This document shows, in pieces, positions 14,613 to 29,022 of a DNA stretch of 64,000 bases (position 1 is the first letter of the stretch; each line of letters opens with the position of its first letter). The stretch is from the human T2T-CHM13v2.0 reference genome, Homo sapiens. The translations under genes and the position numbers were made by a program. Under the pieces are notes generated by a model that did no database searches, was not told the DNA's origin, and worked only from the letters and a program-made list of their open reading frames with translations. The DNA is taken from NCBI RefSeq assembly GCF_009914755.1, contig NC_060928.1. One strand, written 5' to 3'.

Positions 14613-16994
14613 CCTAGAGCTCACTTATAGAGTCATTCATTCAAACATTTATGGAGCATCAACAATGCACCAGGCAATGAACTTAAGTTTAGAGTGTGCA
14701 AACATAAATTAGACTAGGTCAGAAGCTCAGAATTTGCTGGGAAAACAGACCTATAAACACATGATAAGAGTACAATGAGCTAAGTGCCATAAGAGATTTA
14801 TAAAAACACTGAGAGGACAGTGGGATGACATCCAGGGAGGGGCTTCCAGTACTTAGCACATCATGTAAATGCACTGGTCATATATCACGTAACACAGCTC
14901 AAATATGGTACTCATGTGTACTCTTCAAGGCCAGTGTACATTATATCGAGCTGATTAAATGATTCTATAAAGCTATTGGTCACTAACCTTATGCTAAGGG
15001 AAACTGCAGCTGGAATAACTTGTAGAATAAGATAATGTATTCCAAAACAATGTATGTGGCACCTCCCCAGGTGTCCAAGCTCCAGGAGGGAACAGAAAAA
15101 TGTTCTCAGGGTGTGAGGAAGAAAATACTCATGGGTAGAAGTGCAGGAGGTTTCAGAAGCACCATAAATGGAAACAGCAAGGCAACTGCCCTGGGCCTGG
15201 CTGAAGGGAGGGAGACATGAAACATGAGTTATGGTAGCTGGGGGTTGAAGATTGGAGCTGAAGGTGGGTGGGCTTGAACATCACCTAAGGTCTTTCTCAT
15301 GACTCCTCTTCTATCCCCCAAGCTCTTTTCCCTCCTCATTCCTTTTTTCCACTTTCCCTCCCCACAATCACTTTTTCTTAGTAACAAAACCTACCAATAT
15401 TGAGAGCCCAGCCTGTGCTAGGCATTTTACTACACACATTTCATCATTTAGCCCTTATAAATTAATCATCCTTCAAGGTAGGAAGTATGATTGCAATGTT
15501 GCAGACAAAAAAAAAAAAAACGTGTCTCAGAGAAGGGAGGGCATTGTTCCAAGATCACACAGCTAATAAATAAAGCTGAAGTTGGAACTCAGGTCCACAT
15601 ATTCCTTGGCAAAGAAATATGTGGACCACTCTTCCTATAAACCCATGTTTTTGCCATCCTGGAGTAGGGCATATATATTGTATGATTTTTTAAGCAACCA
15701 ATATGGAGTTGAGATGCGTTGTATCTCAACCTCCAGGTATGGCTCTGACCCACTGATGACTCTTAGGAATAGTCCATTTATTCAGATGAAGGTGTCAGTA
15801 CTTTCCTTGAAAAAATATATCTGGTTTTCTGCACTGAGTAAAATAAATCATTGGCTTAATGTAGCCTAAGCCTTTTCTCACCAGTGCAATGCTTCACAGC
15901 TTTCAACTGTAAATATTTCCAGAATAGCCCACTATTCTGGAAAGCACAGAATAATTATTGATGCCATTGCAAAAGCAAGAATAAATGGTGAGATGGAGGG
16001 GTAGAGTGGAGTGAGGGAGGACTCGGGAATCACAGAGTCTTGGGATCAAGTTCTGAATGTGACATTTAATAATTATAACTTTGGAAAAATCATGTAAATT
16101 GTCAGAGCCTCAGTTTACTCATACGCAAATTGGGGCACATACTACTAAGCCAGACATGTTATTGTGAGGACTAAAGAGAACATGTCTATAGTTAGCACAA
16201 AATAAGTGTGCAGTAAATCATAGCTATTTTGATGTTGCCAGTAGGAATATATTAACAAGTACCAGTGCATAAGATGATGGCAAACTGCATATTAAAACCA
16301 GGCAGTATTGATTTATCTTTTCTTAGCAACAGTGTTCATATAAAAAATAAATTTCGGTGTCATTTGATTTCCTTAGAAACTCATTTAAAGGAAATGATCA
16401 GGAAAGAATGAGGAAAAAAGAAAATCCCATTACATTTTTCATTTTCTACTTCTATTTTTTTCTTCCATATAAAGCATTTATTAACTTATAGAGAACTTTT
16501 TTTAGTTACTAAAATGTTTCACAGGTTTTTTTTTTTTTCAGTTTGCAATGACCAGAGTTGTTCATTAGAGAGCTCTCATGTACTTTTGCATTTCATCTTT
16601 ATTATCTGCCCCCTCATTCACTCTAGGTTATCTCCTTGCCTCTCTATTTTCTTAGCTGCTTTTACATTTTCCTTCCTCTATTTTTTGTACCCTGTGATGA
16701 GGTTTGTAGAGAAGACAATAGAATTTCAGATGCTTTATTTCCCTTTAACATGCTAATTCCCCTGTAGGGTCAGTGAAACCTTGATCTCAGATGAGCTGCT
16801 TAAATGACCTGACCAAGTCCCAGTTAAGATTTGGGTTCCAAGGATATTAGAAAGGGCTTATGATTTGTCAGCCATATGCCTGTTGTTTCTCCATGTGTTT
16901 TCTCATTTAATCCTCACAGCAGCCTAGAAGAAACAGTGGAGCTTTAAATAGTCCCAGAATGTGGCTATGGAACCACAGCCAATAAGTCAGTGAC

Positions 16995-18170
16995 TTAATC
17001 ATTCATTCGACAAGTATATATTGAATGTCCATGATGTCCCATAATCCTAGTCTCTGGGGGTAAACAATAAACAAAATAATGTTTCTGCCCTCTTGCAGCT
17101 ATATTCTAATGGATATGGGCTGACATTAACAAGTAAGTATGTATGTTGAGTGGTAATAAGTACTGTGAAAAAATCATTGTAAGGTAGTTAGGGAATTCCA
17201 GGAGGGTGTTGGGAGGAGATCATTGTATTACGAATGGTCAGAGAAGAGCTCTCTGATAATAAAATTTCAGCTGAGACCTGAAGAAAGTGAAACAGCAAGA
17301 GCCATGCAGATATCTTGGGAAAAAGGAGAACTAGGTAGCAGGAACCGCAGCTGCAAAGGTCCTGAGGCAACAGGATTCAAGTGCAAATCACACAGGGCTT
17401 GTAGGCCTTGGAAAAAACTTTGGGTTTTACTCTGTTGACAAAGGGAAATCATTGGAGGATTTTGAGTGAAGCAATGTGATTATGTCACTCAAATTTTCAT
17501 CAATTTGCACTGGCTTCAATGCAGAGAATATGGTAGCCCAGCAATGTGGCAAGCTGAGAAATTAGGAGTTTCTTGCAGTAGATTTCAAGAGAGAAGATGG
17601 TGTTTGACCATGGTGATAACAGTGGAAATGTTTAGAAGTGATTAGATCCTGAAAATAATCTGAAGCCAAAACTGGCAGGATTTCTGATGGATTCATGTGA
17701 GACTGAGAAAGGAGTTAAGAACAACTGCAAGGTTTCTGGCCTGAGCAAAATGGATTTCTGTTTACTACAACAGGAAAACTGCAGTACAAGGCAGGCTCAG
17801 GAGTAAAAGCAAAGAACTTTATTTGAGGTATGTAAAGCCAAGTGAAGGTGTCCATCAAGCAGATACTTGAGTCTGGAGTTCTGGGGAGATGTCTGGACCC
17901 AGGATGTAAATTTGGGAAGTATCAGCATGCAGATGGTATTTAAAACCAAGAGACATAATGAGATGGCCAGAGGAATGAAAACAGGCAGAGCTAAGCCCCA
18001 CAGCATTCCTATCTTTGGTGGTCTGAGAGATAGGGAGAAACCAGCAAAGGAGTTTGAGAAGGAACAGTCAGTGGGTAAAAGGAAAACCAAGAAAGAACTT
18101 GTTCCAGGAGCCAACTGAAGAAAGTATCTCAAAAGAAGGGATGGGTCACTTTCATCACTAAATGTTTCTG
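16995..18170. mobile_element. L2 LINE remnant (continues ~18640-19300)
   Basis: cattcattcgacaagtatatattgaatg, ctggcctgagcaa, gtctggagttctggggaga and gatgtaaatttgggaagtatcagc are L2 motifs. Confidence 0.7.
17099..17132 (+). other. CC2D2A: Candidate 34-nt 5'UTR cassette exon inside L2
   Basis: Acceptor tttctgccctcttgcag| and donor aa|gtaagt. It lies between putative exon 1 and the ATG exon. Confidence 0.45.
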
Positions 18171-18174
18171 ACCC

Positions 18175-18635
18175 TTCCATGCCTGGCTTATTTCACCCAC
18201 AAGTAAGTGAGAACATGCAAATGACAAACATGGCATGTTCTCACTTATGTGTGGGATCTAAAAATCAAAATAATTGAACTCATGGAGATAGAGAAGAGAA
18301 GGATGGTTACCAGAGGCTGGGAAATGTAGTCAGGGGTCGGGGGAGGTTGTTTAATGGATACAAAAAAAAAATAGAAAGAATGAATGAGACCTAGTATTTG
18401 ATAACACAATGAAAGGACTATAGTTAATAATAATTTAATTGTACATTTAAAAATAACTAAAAGAGTATAAATGGATTGTTTCTAACACAAAGGATAAATG
18501 ATTGAGGGGATAGACACCCAATTTTCTGTGATGTGATTATTAAGCTTTGCATGCCTGTACCAAAATATCTCATGTACCCCATAAATATATACACCTACTA
18601 TGTACCCACAAAAATTAAAAACTTAGAAAATGTTT
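18175..18635 (+). mobile_element. Short L1MA-like 3' end with rearranged 5' junction
   Basis: L1 3'UTR (catgttctcacttat...acctactatgtacccacaaaaatt) with TSD-like taaatg(tt/cc)tctgacc on both sides. Confidence 0.8.
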
Positions 18636-18870
18636 TAAATGCCTCTGACCAAGTCAAGTAAGATGAGGGCCGAGAACTGATCACTGGACATGGCAACGCA
18701 GGGGTCACTGGAGATGAATCATTGGCAAAAGCAGTTGCAGAGTATGCTAGACCCCAAAAATAAAAAAACAAACTGGAAAGAGAGGGAATGTTTTGAGGGA
18801 TTTTTCTATAATTGTTGAAAAATTGAGCAACAGCTAGAAAGAGAAGTAAAGTTAAGAGAGGGCTTTTTTT

Positions 18871-19160
<290 letters not shown>

Positions 19161-19809
19161 GTGTAGGGGGCAGGGGCCTTTTTTTAAAGGAAGGAAAAAA
19201 TTACAGCATTTTTTCCACTGGTAGGAATGAGCCAATAGAGCAGGAAGAAAATCCAGATGAAAGTGAAGAATTGTCAGGATCAAGGGCCTGGAGGAGGAGG
19301 AATGATGGGGCCTAGTGCACTGTTCAAGGAGGGGCCCCATGGGACATGGGGGTTCATAGTAGCAAGTGGAAGCAGAGGAGGTGGCGGTGGCTCCATGTGG
19401 TGGGAGGGGAAGGGGATGTAGAAGCCCTCTCTGGTCTTGTCTTTTTACTTGGTGAAATAAGGGCCAAGGTCAAGGGCAGAGAGTGCAGAGGGGCAGTAGC
19501 GGAGATGAGCTGTAAAATGGTCCTTCTGGAGCTGGATTCCAACCAGTGCCATCCAACTCTATGGGCACAGTAAAGGCAGGCTCCCAGGGACAGGGAGACC
19601 TGGCATCCTTCCTTTCCTCTGGCACTTATCTCCACCAATCCTGGGGTCTGCCAGGGTTCCTGGTGAGTGGAAAGTCTACCCAGCTCAAACACTTCACTTA
19701 CCATCATGGCCAGCCTCTTACATATCCATAGTAAGAGAAGCAATATTTCATTGATTTCAAAATGCCTGACTTCTTCATTGTTCTTTGTCAGGGACCCATC
19801 CCAGCCAAA

Positions 19810-19848
19810 ATGAATCCCAGGGAAGAAAAAGTAAAAATAATTACAGAG
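19810..19848 (+). CDS. CC2D2A: CC2D2A coding exon 1 (exon 19792-19848), MNPREEKVKIITE
   Basis: Acceptor ttctttgtcag|, 18 nt of UTR, aaaATG, donor GAG|gtaagt. Matches the recalled CC2D2A N-terminus. Confidence 0.95.
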
Positions 19849-19953
19849 GTAAGTGGCCACTTTGATGTCCTCTAGGGATGTGTTTGTGTGTGCATGCTTA
19901 TGTTACACGTGTTTGTGAATGAGGAAGTTAGGCCAACCAGCATCTATTGCACA

Positions 19954-20347
19954 TGTTAAAAGAAAAGCTTTACATGAATTAGATTCAACAGAGTCTAATT
20001 GTACAAAGAACGATTTGTGAATTGGGCAGCCCTCAGAACCTGAAGAGATTCAGAGAGCTCTGCTCTGCTCTGTGGGCAGACAGCATCTATGGACTGAAGA
20101 TGGAAGTGGAGTACAGAAACAGCTTGATTAGTTACAGCTCAGTGTTGCCTTATTTAAACACAGTCTGATCAGTAGGCCACCTGTGATTGATTGACACTCA
20201 GCTGCTGTGATTGGCTGAGACTCAGCTACCTGCTACAGAAGCATACTTCTAAATTAGGCTTTCATTTAGTTTACTAAGATTGCAGTTTGTTATGTAAGAA
20301 CTCAAAGTACAGAGGTATCCTCAAGCCACATTTAGTTTAATTTAACA
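19954..20347 (-). mobile_element. ERV1-class solo LTR (MER57-like)
   Basis: tgttaaa...tttaaca ends, caca 4-bp flanks and gattggctga CCAAT motifs. Confidence 0.6.
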
Positions 20348-20897
20348 CACACCGACTAAATGCACCCTGAGGGTGCTATATCAGAGACGTGGTGGAGAAG
20401 GGGAGGTGGATGTTGAAGGAAATGCAGTCCTGCTGACATTCCAAGGTCTTACCTCTACCTGAATGCTCCGAAGCTGTTTTGTCACGGTTCTATGAACTCT
20501 GACACACAGCAGCTCAAAGTTACTACCTATTATTGAGCATAGCTCTGCCTGAAGCACGCTGATTTCTAAAGACATTCAGAATGAAGGTAACAATTGTAGA
20601 CACCTGCTAATACAAGCCTCTGTCTGTGGAGTCCTGCAATTTCTGACTCATTGTATGTAAAAACTCATTAAAGCACTGCCCACACCAGAGAAGGGAGGCT
20701 GTCTAATTTGGAGACTGCAGACCATCCAACAAAAGAGAGAGTATTCCTCTCAATCCTTACTTCTCTCTCGCTTCAAGGGCTCACTGGCTTGAGACAACAA
20801 AGACAGAAATGGAGATGATATGTGCTGTCCAATGCAGTCCTCCAAAAAGCCTGAGGAAACTCATTATAAAACCATGCAGATTAACTTTAAGCAAGAT

Positions 20898-21207
<310 letters not shown>

Positions 21208-22503
21208 TCAAGTACCAACAAACCCACATAAATTTATATTTGCTTATTCATTCATATAACCAAATATATTTTGTGCCTGTAGTCCCTGGGAATACAGCAG
21301 TAAACAAACCTTGTTCCCTCATGGAACTTACGTTCTATCTTATTTGAAGTCCTACTGGATAGTTAGAATAGAGGATGAAAACATCACGGAAAAGCAAAAC
21401 ATTACGTAGGTTTCTCACAAGTCCATTCTAAGTCAGTAAAAACTTAGAATTGAATTAAAAGCCATGCTTGCACACCTCAATATAATTATCTTCTTGTAAT
21501 CTAAGTTGGCGAATCCCCTGAACTAAGAACACTCCCTATTAGTCAGGCCCAAAGAAGGAGTCCAGAGTGAGGATGCAGCTCAGAGGACAAGTCAGAGATC
21601 AGGTCACATACACAAAGGAAAGGCCCAAACCAAGGCTATTCTCTCGTTCGACCTCACTTCCGTCCTCTGTTATTGCGGTTCATGTCTTCCCTAACCCCAG
21701 TGGCCAAGGGCAGTCAGGAGTAATTGAGGTCTGGCCCAGAAACCTGCATGATATTTCTTTGAAATTATATATCCTTAAAATTCATACTTTGTGTTCCGAA
21801 TTTGTTTCAGTATAAAAACAAAAAAATCCTAATTTTAGGAAAAAAAAATCTAGTAAGTTTTGTGTACCCCAGAGAGGTTCTGTTTATCTTGCAACTTTTT
21901 GTTCACCCAGGGGCACTTGTGCCCCAGTCTATAAAACTCTAGGACTAAAACATTTTAGAGCTCGTAGACTTTAGAGCTTTCAGCTCTAACATTTTATGAC
22001 TAAAATATTAGAAAGCGTAAGGTGGAAAGAGGAAACGAAGTTTGCGCTGTTAAAGGATTGTTTTCCTTTTCAAAAAAAAATCTGCCAAAATTTCCTTTAA
22101 CTTGAAGCATTTGTGATGATGTAACATGTATCATTATTATCCTTTTCCTGCTGGTAAGGCTGGAAAGCAGAAAAACTTAACCGGTGAAATCCCTAATATG
22201 ATTGTGATGTCTGTCCTAGCAGATTCACTTGTTAGTCGCCTTTCTTAGATTGTAACTTTTAAGAGCAGACAGCATGTGGCTTTCAATTCTGTGTCCCAAG
22301 AGCATGGAACATAGTAAATGCTCAACAAATGCTGTATGCATGAATGAGGACCTGGAACAATGGAAGATCCAACATCATCTCGTGTATGATGGTCCAATAT
22401 GGATACGACTTTTCGAAAACATGTCTATGTTGAGAAGAGTGGATGATGAGAGCCGCACAGATTGTTAACTGTCCCCCCACTCACACTCAGCATTACTGGA
22501 TAG

Positions 22504-22818
<315 letters not shown>

Positions 22819-23099
22819 TGAGGCGGGGATGCAGATGGGTGGTCCAGGGTGCAGGAGCCTGATTCAGAGACTTATAGATGAGCCTCACAATAAGGCGGGG
22901 GTCCATACTTAGAGCATTTTTACTCTAAGTTTTCTCCCATCTCCTGAGAGAGGACTCTAGAAAAGATGGAAGGAGCCTGTTTTAGTGCTTCATTGAAGGC
23001 CATGGACTATGATGGGCAGTAGATGGCAGTACACGATTACAAATCTTGGGAAACTCCCTCTTTTTCCAACTCCAAGCCCAAATTCTGTCTTTGAGGCAG

Positions 23100-23205
23100 A
23101 AGCCAACTCCTTTCTCCCGAGCCTGCTGGCAGATCCTCCCCCACCTCTCCGCAGGAGTTCCCCTCCTAGGCTGGGAGCATCCCGTGCAGGGTAAATCTTT
23201 TCAAG
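23100..23205 (+). CDS. CC2D2A: CC2D2A alternative cassette exon, KPTPFSRACWQILPHLSAGVPLLGWEHPVQGKSFQ (frameshifting)
   Basis: gaggcag| ... AAG|gtaagt, 106 nt. With the next exon and the 25074 terminal exon it gives exactly 122 aa, matching my recollection of a short isoform. Confidence 0.7.
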
Positions 23206-24475
23206 GTAAGTCCTTGGTAAGAAGTTGTCCTCTGAGAAGGGAGGCAGGGAAGCAGCTATTGTGGATGGGAGCTCTGCTTGGAACAATCAAGATGCCAGCA
23301 GGGGAGGGAGGGGAGAGAAGCGCCATTTTGAGCCAGCAGTCACGTGAAGGGGCTGCAGAGAGGGGTGGCCAGGAGAGATGAAGAGGTCATAGGGAGACAG
23401 AAGAGACCTCCCTCCTAGCTCCCCCCTTGCTCAGCACACTCCTCGGGGCAATCTGGGCAGAGGAGTCACTTTCAGCCTTTCAAGGGAGGGTCCAGGTGGT
23501 TGGGGAGGTACTGCCTGGCCACGTGGGCTAGCTCTCTGGCCACTCCTGGGGACTGAGGAGACCCACAGCCAGACACAGCTCCGAAGCTTTAACCCCTTCC
23601 TGTGGGGTCAGTCTGCAGCCGTGCAGCCCAAGGCCAGGGGCTGTGGAGGCAGTAGATGAAAAGGGTTCAAGCCTTTAGCTCCACAGTCACAGGCACAGTG
23701 AGCAAGTGGGTGACTAGTGCCAAGGCTGCCACGGAGCTTAGACTGAAGAGGAGAAAGGGGCAAGGATGGAGAAGGGAATATAACAGCTCTCAAATGCTGA
23801 GCAATTTATGGGCCAGGCTTGGAACTTTATAGGTTGGGAGCATTGCAAGAAACGTAGTTGCACTCCAGAATCAGAATCACATGGGGACTTTTTGTTTAAA
23901 TAAGTTCCATCCCGGGCCATCTATTTACGTCAGAATCTCTGTGCTTTCTACAGTGACTCAAACATTGTAGCATCTCAAAAAATGGGCTCTTTTTATTATT
24001 TTTCTTTTACAGATAAGAAAGCAGTGTACAAGGAAGTTAACTAACTTGCCCAAAGTCCCACAGTCAGTCTGAGTTTGGAGGCAAGCTTTAGTCTATCTGT
24101 CCTCAAAGGTGTTATTGCAAATTCTGCTTCCTTGTTTTCCTTCACTGAGAGTGTGGGGAAGGAACCAGAGGCTATTCTTGGGGGGTGTCCAAAGGGTGGA
24201 CTAAATATTTGCCCCTGAATTACCCAGTAACACTTTAGCTGCTGTTTGCAAACTATTTGAAGTTGGGAACAAACTGATTTTCCTGTTTCTCTTTCCTCCA
24301 AATTCCTGCAGAGCTCTACATATTTTACCTAGAAAAAGTGAAAATAATAACGTTATTTGGGGACGCCTTGATAATTTCACAAAAGCATTTCTAGAGAAAT
24401 TCTGGGTTGGCACCTCTTCCCTGGTGGGTACTCACAGTGAGTCAGGTGACAGAGACTGTGGTTATCCAGATGTGA

Positions 24476-24751
<276 letters not shown>

Positions 24752-25066
24752 TGAGCTCAGCACAGAGCAGTATAGGGATTTTTTATGGGTGTTATTTTTC
24801 ATGCATTGCCACTGCTGCTCCACCCACTTTACCCCAACTTGGTGAGTGACTCTAGGTTAATCCCTGCCAAGGAGACAGAACACATAGCTTCAGGATGTGT
24901 TTCTATAACCACATAATATTATTTGGATGTTTGTCCCCTCCAAATCTGAAATGTGACCTTCAATGTTAGAGGTGGAGCCTAGTGGGAGGTGTCTGGGTCA
25001 TGAGGGCACAACTCATGAATTGGTTGGTGTTGTCCTCTAGTAATGAGTGAGTTCTTGCTCTGTTCA

Positions 25067-25446
<380 letters not shown>

Positions 25447-25567
25447 TCACCATGCGACACACCTGTTTCCCCTTCCCCTTCTGACATAAGTGAAAGCTTC
25501 CTAAGGCCTCACCAGAGGCAGATGCTGGCACCATGCTTATTGCACAGTCTGCAGAACAGTGAGCCAA

Positions 25568-25573
25568 AATAAA
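25568..25573 (+). terminator. AATAAA poly(A) signal supplied by the MST LTR
   Basis: gagccaaAATAAAcctcttttcttt at the usual MaLR LTR poly(A) position. Confidence 0.65.
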
Positions 25574-26199
25574 CCTCTTTTCTTTATAAATTACCCAGTC
25601 TCAGATATTCCTTTATAGCAATGCAAAATGGACTAACAATACATAAGTTAGGGAGTGTTAATTAGAATGGAAATTAAATATGCAGAAACTCAAAGGAAGA
25701 TGAAATTGTTAGGGAAGACATATGTGTTAACCTAGTGAGGCTTGAATCAGATGTTTGGAAGAAATGAGGGAGGTTTCTGAGGCTCCTGGTGACCTTGCCA
25801 TTGAGGACACATATACTTCTCCCCCTACACACGCCTTTTCTTCTTCCCCAGTACAATGAACATTAGGAATTACCTGCTCATTGTAGGGAAAATGACCACC
25901 CTTCAGGCATTGCTTTTCATGAAAAGTGGATTAGACAAGAGGAGAAGTGGTTACACTTTTTAATTGTTACATAATTGTTAGACTGTTTTCCCTATGGCAA
26001 AGTTGGGAAATAAGTAACTGTTGGAAACTAGAGGCCTTTGGAAGCAAGTAGACTCTTAGATTGGAAAAATGTGGTTCTAATCTAAAAGCAATGATACAAT
26101 GAGAGCTGTTATGAATTAATAAAAACAGAACCAAAATTTATCTCATATGGCTGTTTCTTTTTCTAAATGCTCAAAATTATTTATTACTACCAAAGATTA

Positions 26200-26595
26200 C
26201 AACTTGTCATTTCAGGCTGCCATAACAAAATACTATAGACTGGGGGGCTTAAACACCCAACATTTATTTTCTCATGGCTCTGAAGGCTGGACATCTGAGA
26301 TCATGGTGCCAGCATGGCCGGTTTCCAGTGAGGCCCTTCTTCCTGGCTAGTTGGTGGCCACCATCTTGCTGTGTGCTCACATGACCTCTTCTCTGTGCCT
26401 GCATTGGGGGAGGGAGAGGCTCTACTGTCTCCTCTTATAAGGACACTAATCCTAATCCTATCAGGGCCCCTCCCTTATGATCGCATTTGACCTTAATTAC
26501 CTCCTACAGGTTCTATCTCTAAATGCAGTCAGATTGGGGGAGAAGGCTTCAACATACAGATTTTCAGAGGGGGGACACAATTCAGTCCTTAGCAC
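26200..26595 (-). mobile_element. MLT1-type LTR
   Basis: ggctgccataacaaaatactatagactggggggcttaaaca...ggggacacaattcagtccttagca. Confidence 0.8.
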
Positions 26596-29022
26596 AACTA
26601 CTGGATATTTAATTATTTATTTTAAAATCAAGGGAAAGACTGCCAGGAGAGGTGGCCACCAGTCAAGGCTCTGTGACATAAAAAGTGGATTATTTTCTAA
26701 CTCGAAAATGAAGAAGATACTGTCCACTGTCACCATGGAGATGATCTATGCATTAGTCCCTTCCCCCACAAAAAGCGCTATTTCTGAATTGGGGAATGGA
26801 GAGGTATGGAATGAACAGAAGGCTGAGACCTGCCTACTGGAGCCACACCATGACCATCCAGTGTCTGGGAAGCCCTGGGTGGAGCTGGAAGCTGCTGATG
26901 AATTGGCAGCACTGATAAACCAAGACGAAGAGAAAACATCCCCAGCAGTGAGGGGTGGAGCATATGGTGGATAAGGAGTCTGTGGAGCCAGGCATCTGTC
27001 AGAAATGAGAAGTCAAAGCCAGCAGACAAAGTCAAGAGAGCAGAGGAAGTATTATTATACCAGTGGCATTAGAGCAGGAGACAGACAAGTAAAAAGGAAT
27101 GATGAGTGCTGGCAGAAACAACAGAGTGCTGGACTGCCCTAGGCAGGCAAGGATAGCAAGGGAGGTGACAGAAGAATGGAGCCTCCACATATGGAGGAGT
27201 CTGCATGGGGAACTGTAGGGTGAGGAGGATTCCCAATTCAGGTCTTGGAAACACACAGATGTATGTGTAGAAAACACGGAGAGGGTCAAGAGCAAGATAG
27301 AAGCAGCCATGTGCTTTATGACCCAGTCATAGAAATCACCTATCAGTCCTTTCGACATATTTGTTAGAAGCATGTCCCTAAATCCAGCCCACATTTAAGG
27401 GAAGGAAAATCAGCCTCCTTCTTTTGAAAGAAGGAGTGTCAAAGAATGTATGGACATTTTTACTACCACATTAATTTTTCTTTAAAACTCCTCTTTATCT
27501 CACTTTTCTACTCAGAAATCTATTATATTACATTACATAAAATCCACACTCTCTTATTTATTCCGGGCTCTAAGGATCTATGCAATTGGGCTCCTTCCGG
27601 TTGTATTTTCCAGTGTTTTCCAGTGTGCTCCACTTTGGTTGACTCCTTACTGGCCTCTGAATGCCTCGTGACCATCTCAGCATTTCTGGGCTTTGGTTCC
27701 CACTTTAAGAGAGTTCTCTGATTGTGTCTTTATTAAGCTTGTGATTGAAACACAATTGAGCTGTTGCAGTTAAGACCATGGGCGTTGGCTTAGACAAGAG
27801 TGGGTACCAGTCTCTACCTATCTTACTCCCTTGGGCAAGTTCTCCGACCTACCTAAACTTTAGTTTCCTTATTTGTAAAACAGGGACAATAATAGATTGC
27901 GTGAACACTGCCACAGAGTTTATACTCCAGTTGTGGGAGGGATGAGAGGAAAAAAGAGAAAAACAAATGAAGTAAACTAGATAAACATAGAGTACAGCAG
28001 GTGTGAGAAGTCCTGAAGAGAAAGATAAAGAATAAGCTGGCAGGACTGCAGTGGGAGTGAGAGGATGAGGTGCATTTATGAAAGGAAATGAGTGATCCCC
28101 AAGGGGAGAATGTTCCAGGCAGTGGTCTTAAGGCAGGAATGTGCTTGCGACATTAAGCAACAGCCAGGGGGCAAGGGCAGTGGAGAGTGAACAACAAGGA
28201 AAAGGAAAAAAATAAAATCAGAAGGGAGGAGGGGAATTGTACCCAGCCTAGTGGGCCCTTTGACTTTTAATCCGAATGAGATGAGCGTCATTGGAGGGTT
28301 CAAGCCCAGGACTGATATAATCAGATTTAAGGCTGACGGCTGCTGTGCTGAGTAGACTTTGGAAGGAGTGAGGGCAGAAGCACAGAGACCAGGTAGAGGC
28401 CAACAGCAAAAATCCAGGTGGGAGTTATTGGGGAATGGGACTGGCGGGTAGTGGAAGGGGTGGAAAGAGTGTGGGAAATCTGGGTATTTGGAAGGTAGAG
28501 ACGAACAGGTATATTTCTCGATTGAACAAGAATTATGAAAGCAGGAAGGTTGCCTCCATGGTTTTTGACTTGAGTCAAAAATGGGTAACTCCACTTTCCC
28601 CAATAGAGTTTCAGAGAAGGAAAAGATGGCAGAAAGGGCAGGTTTGAAGGTAGAAATTGAATGGACATGCAAAGTTGAGATGCCTGCTGAATATCCAAGT
28701 GGACATGGATGTATGGATACAGGGATCTGGTGGTTGGGGAGAGGTGGAGAGTGGACAGGGATTCCTTGATCTTTTATCTAGAATGTCCCTTTCCCACCTC
28801 TGCCCTCTTTCCTCTCAGCTGGTTCTACTTTCCTTCAGAGCACTCATCACCTCCCGGCATTTTCCAATCAGCTGACTATCTTGATCATTAGAAGGAAAGC
28901 TCCCTGAGATCAAGACTTTGTCTGCTGTATTCATTGCTTATTCCCCAATGCAATATTTGGAGCTTGATAAACATATATTGAAAAACTGCCATGGGCATAA
29001 CAACAAATGCTCAAGACAGGGT

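Noticed and set aside
19354-19860. 168-aa antisense ORF over the ATG exon
   Set aside because: Non-ATG start, no homology, and consistent with chance.
26477-26974. 165-aa ORF
   Set aside because: Starts in an MLT1 LTR, has no recognisable homology and is not needed for the CC2D2A frame.
28076-28672. 198-aa minus-strand ORF
   Set aside because: Pyrimidine-rich strand of a degenerate L2-like repeat, low-complexity L/S/P/F, with no recognisable domain.
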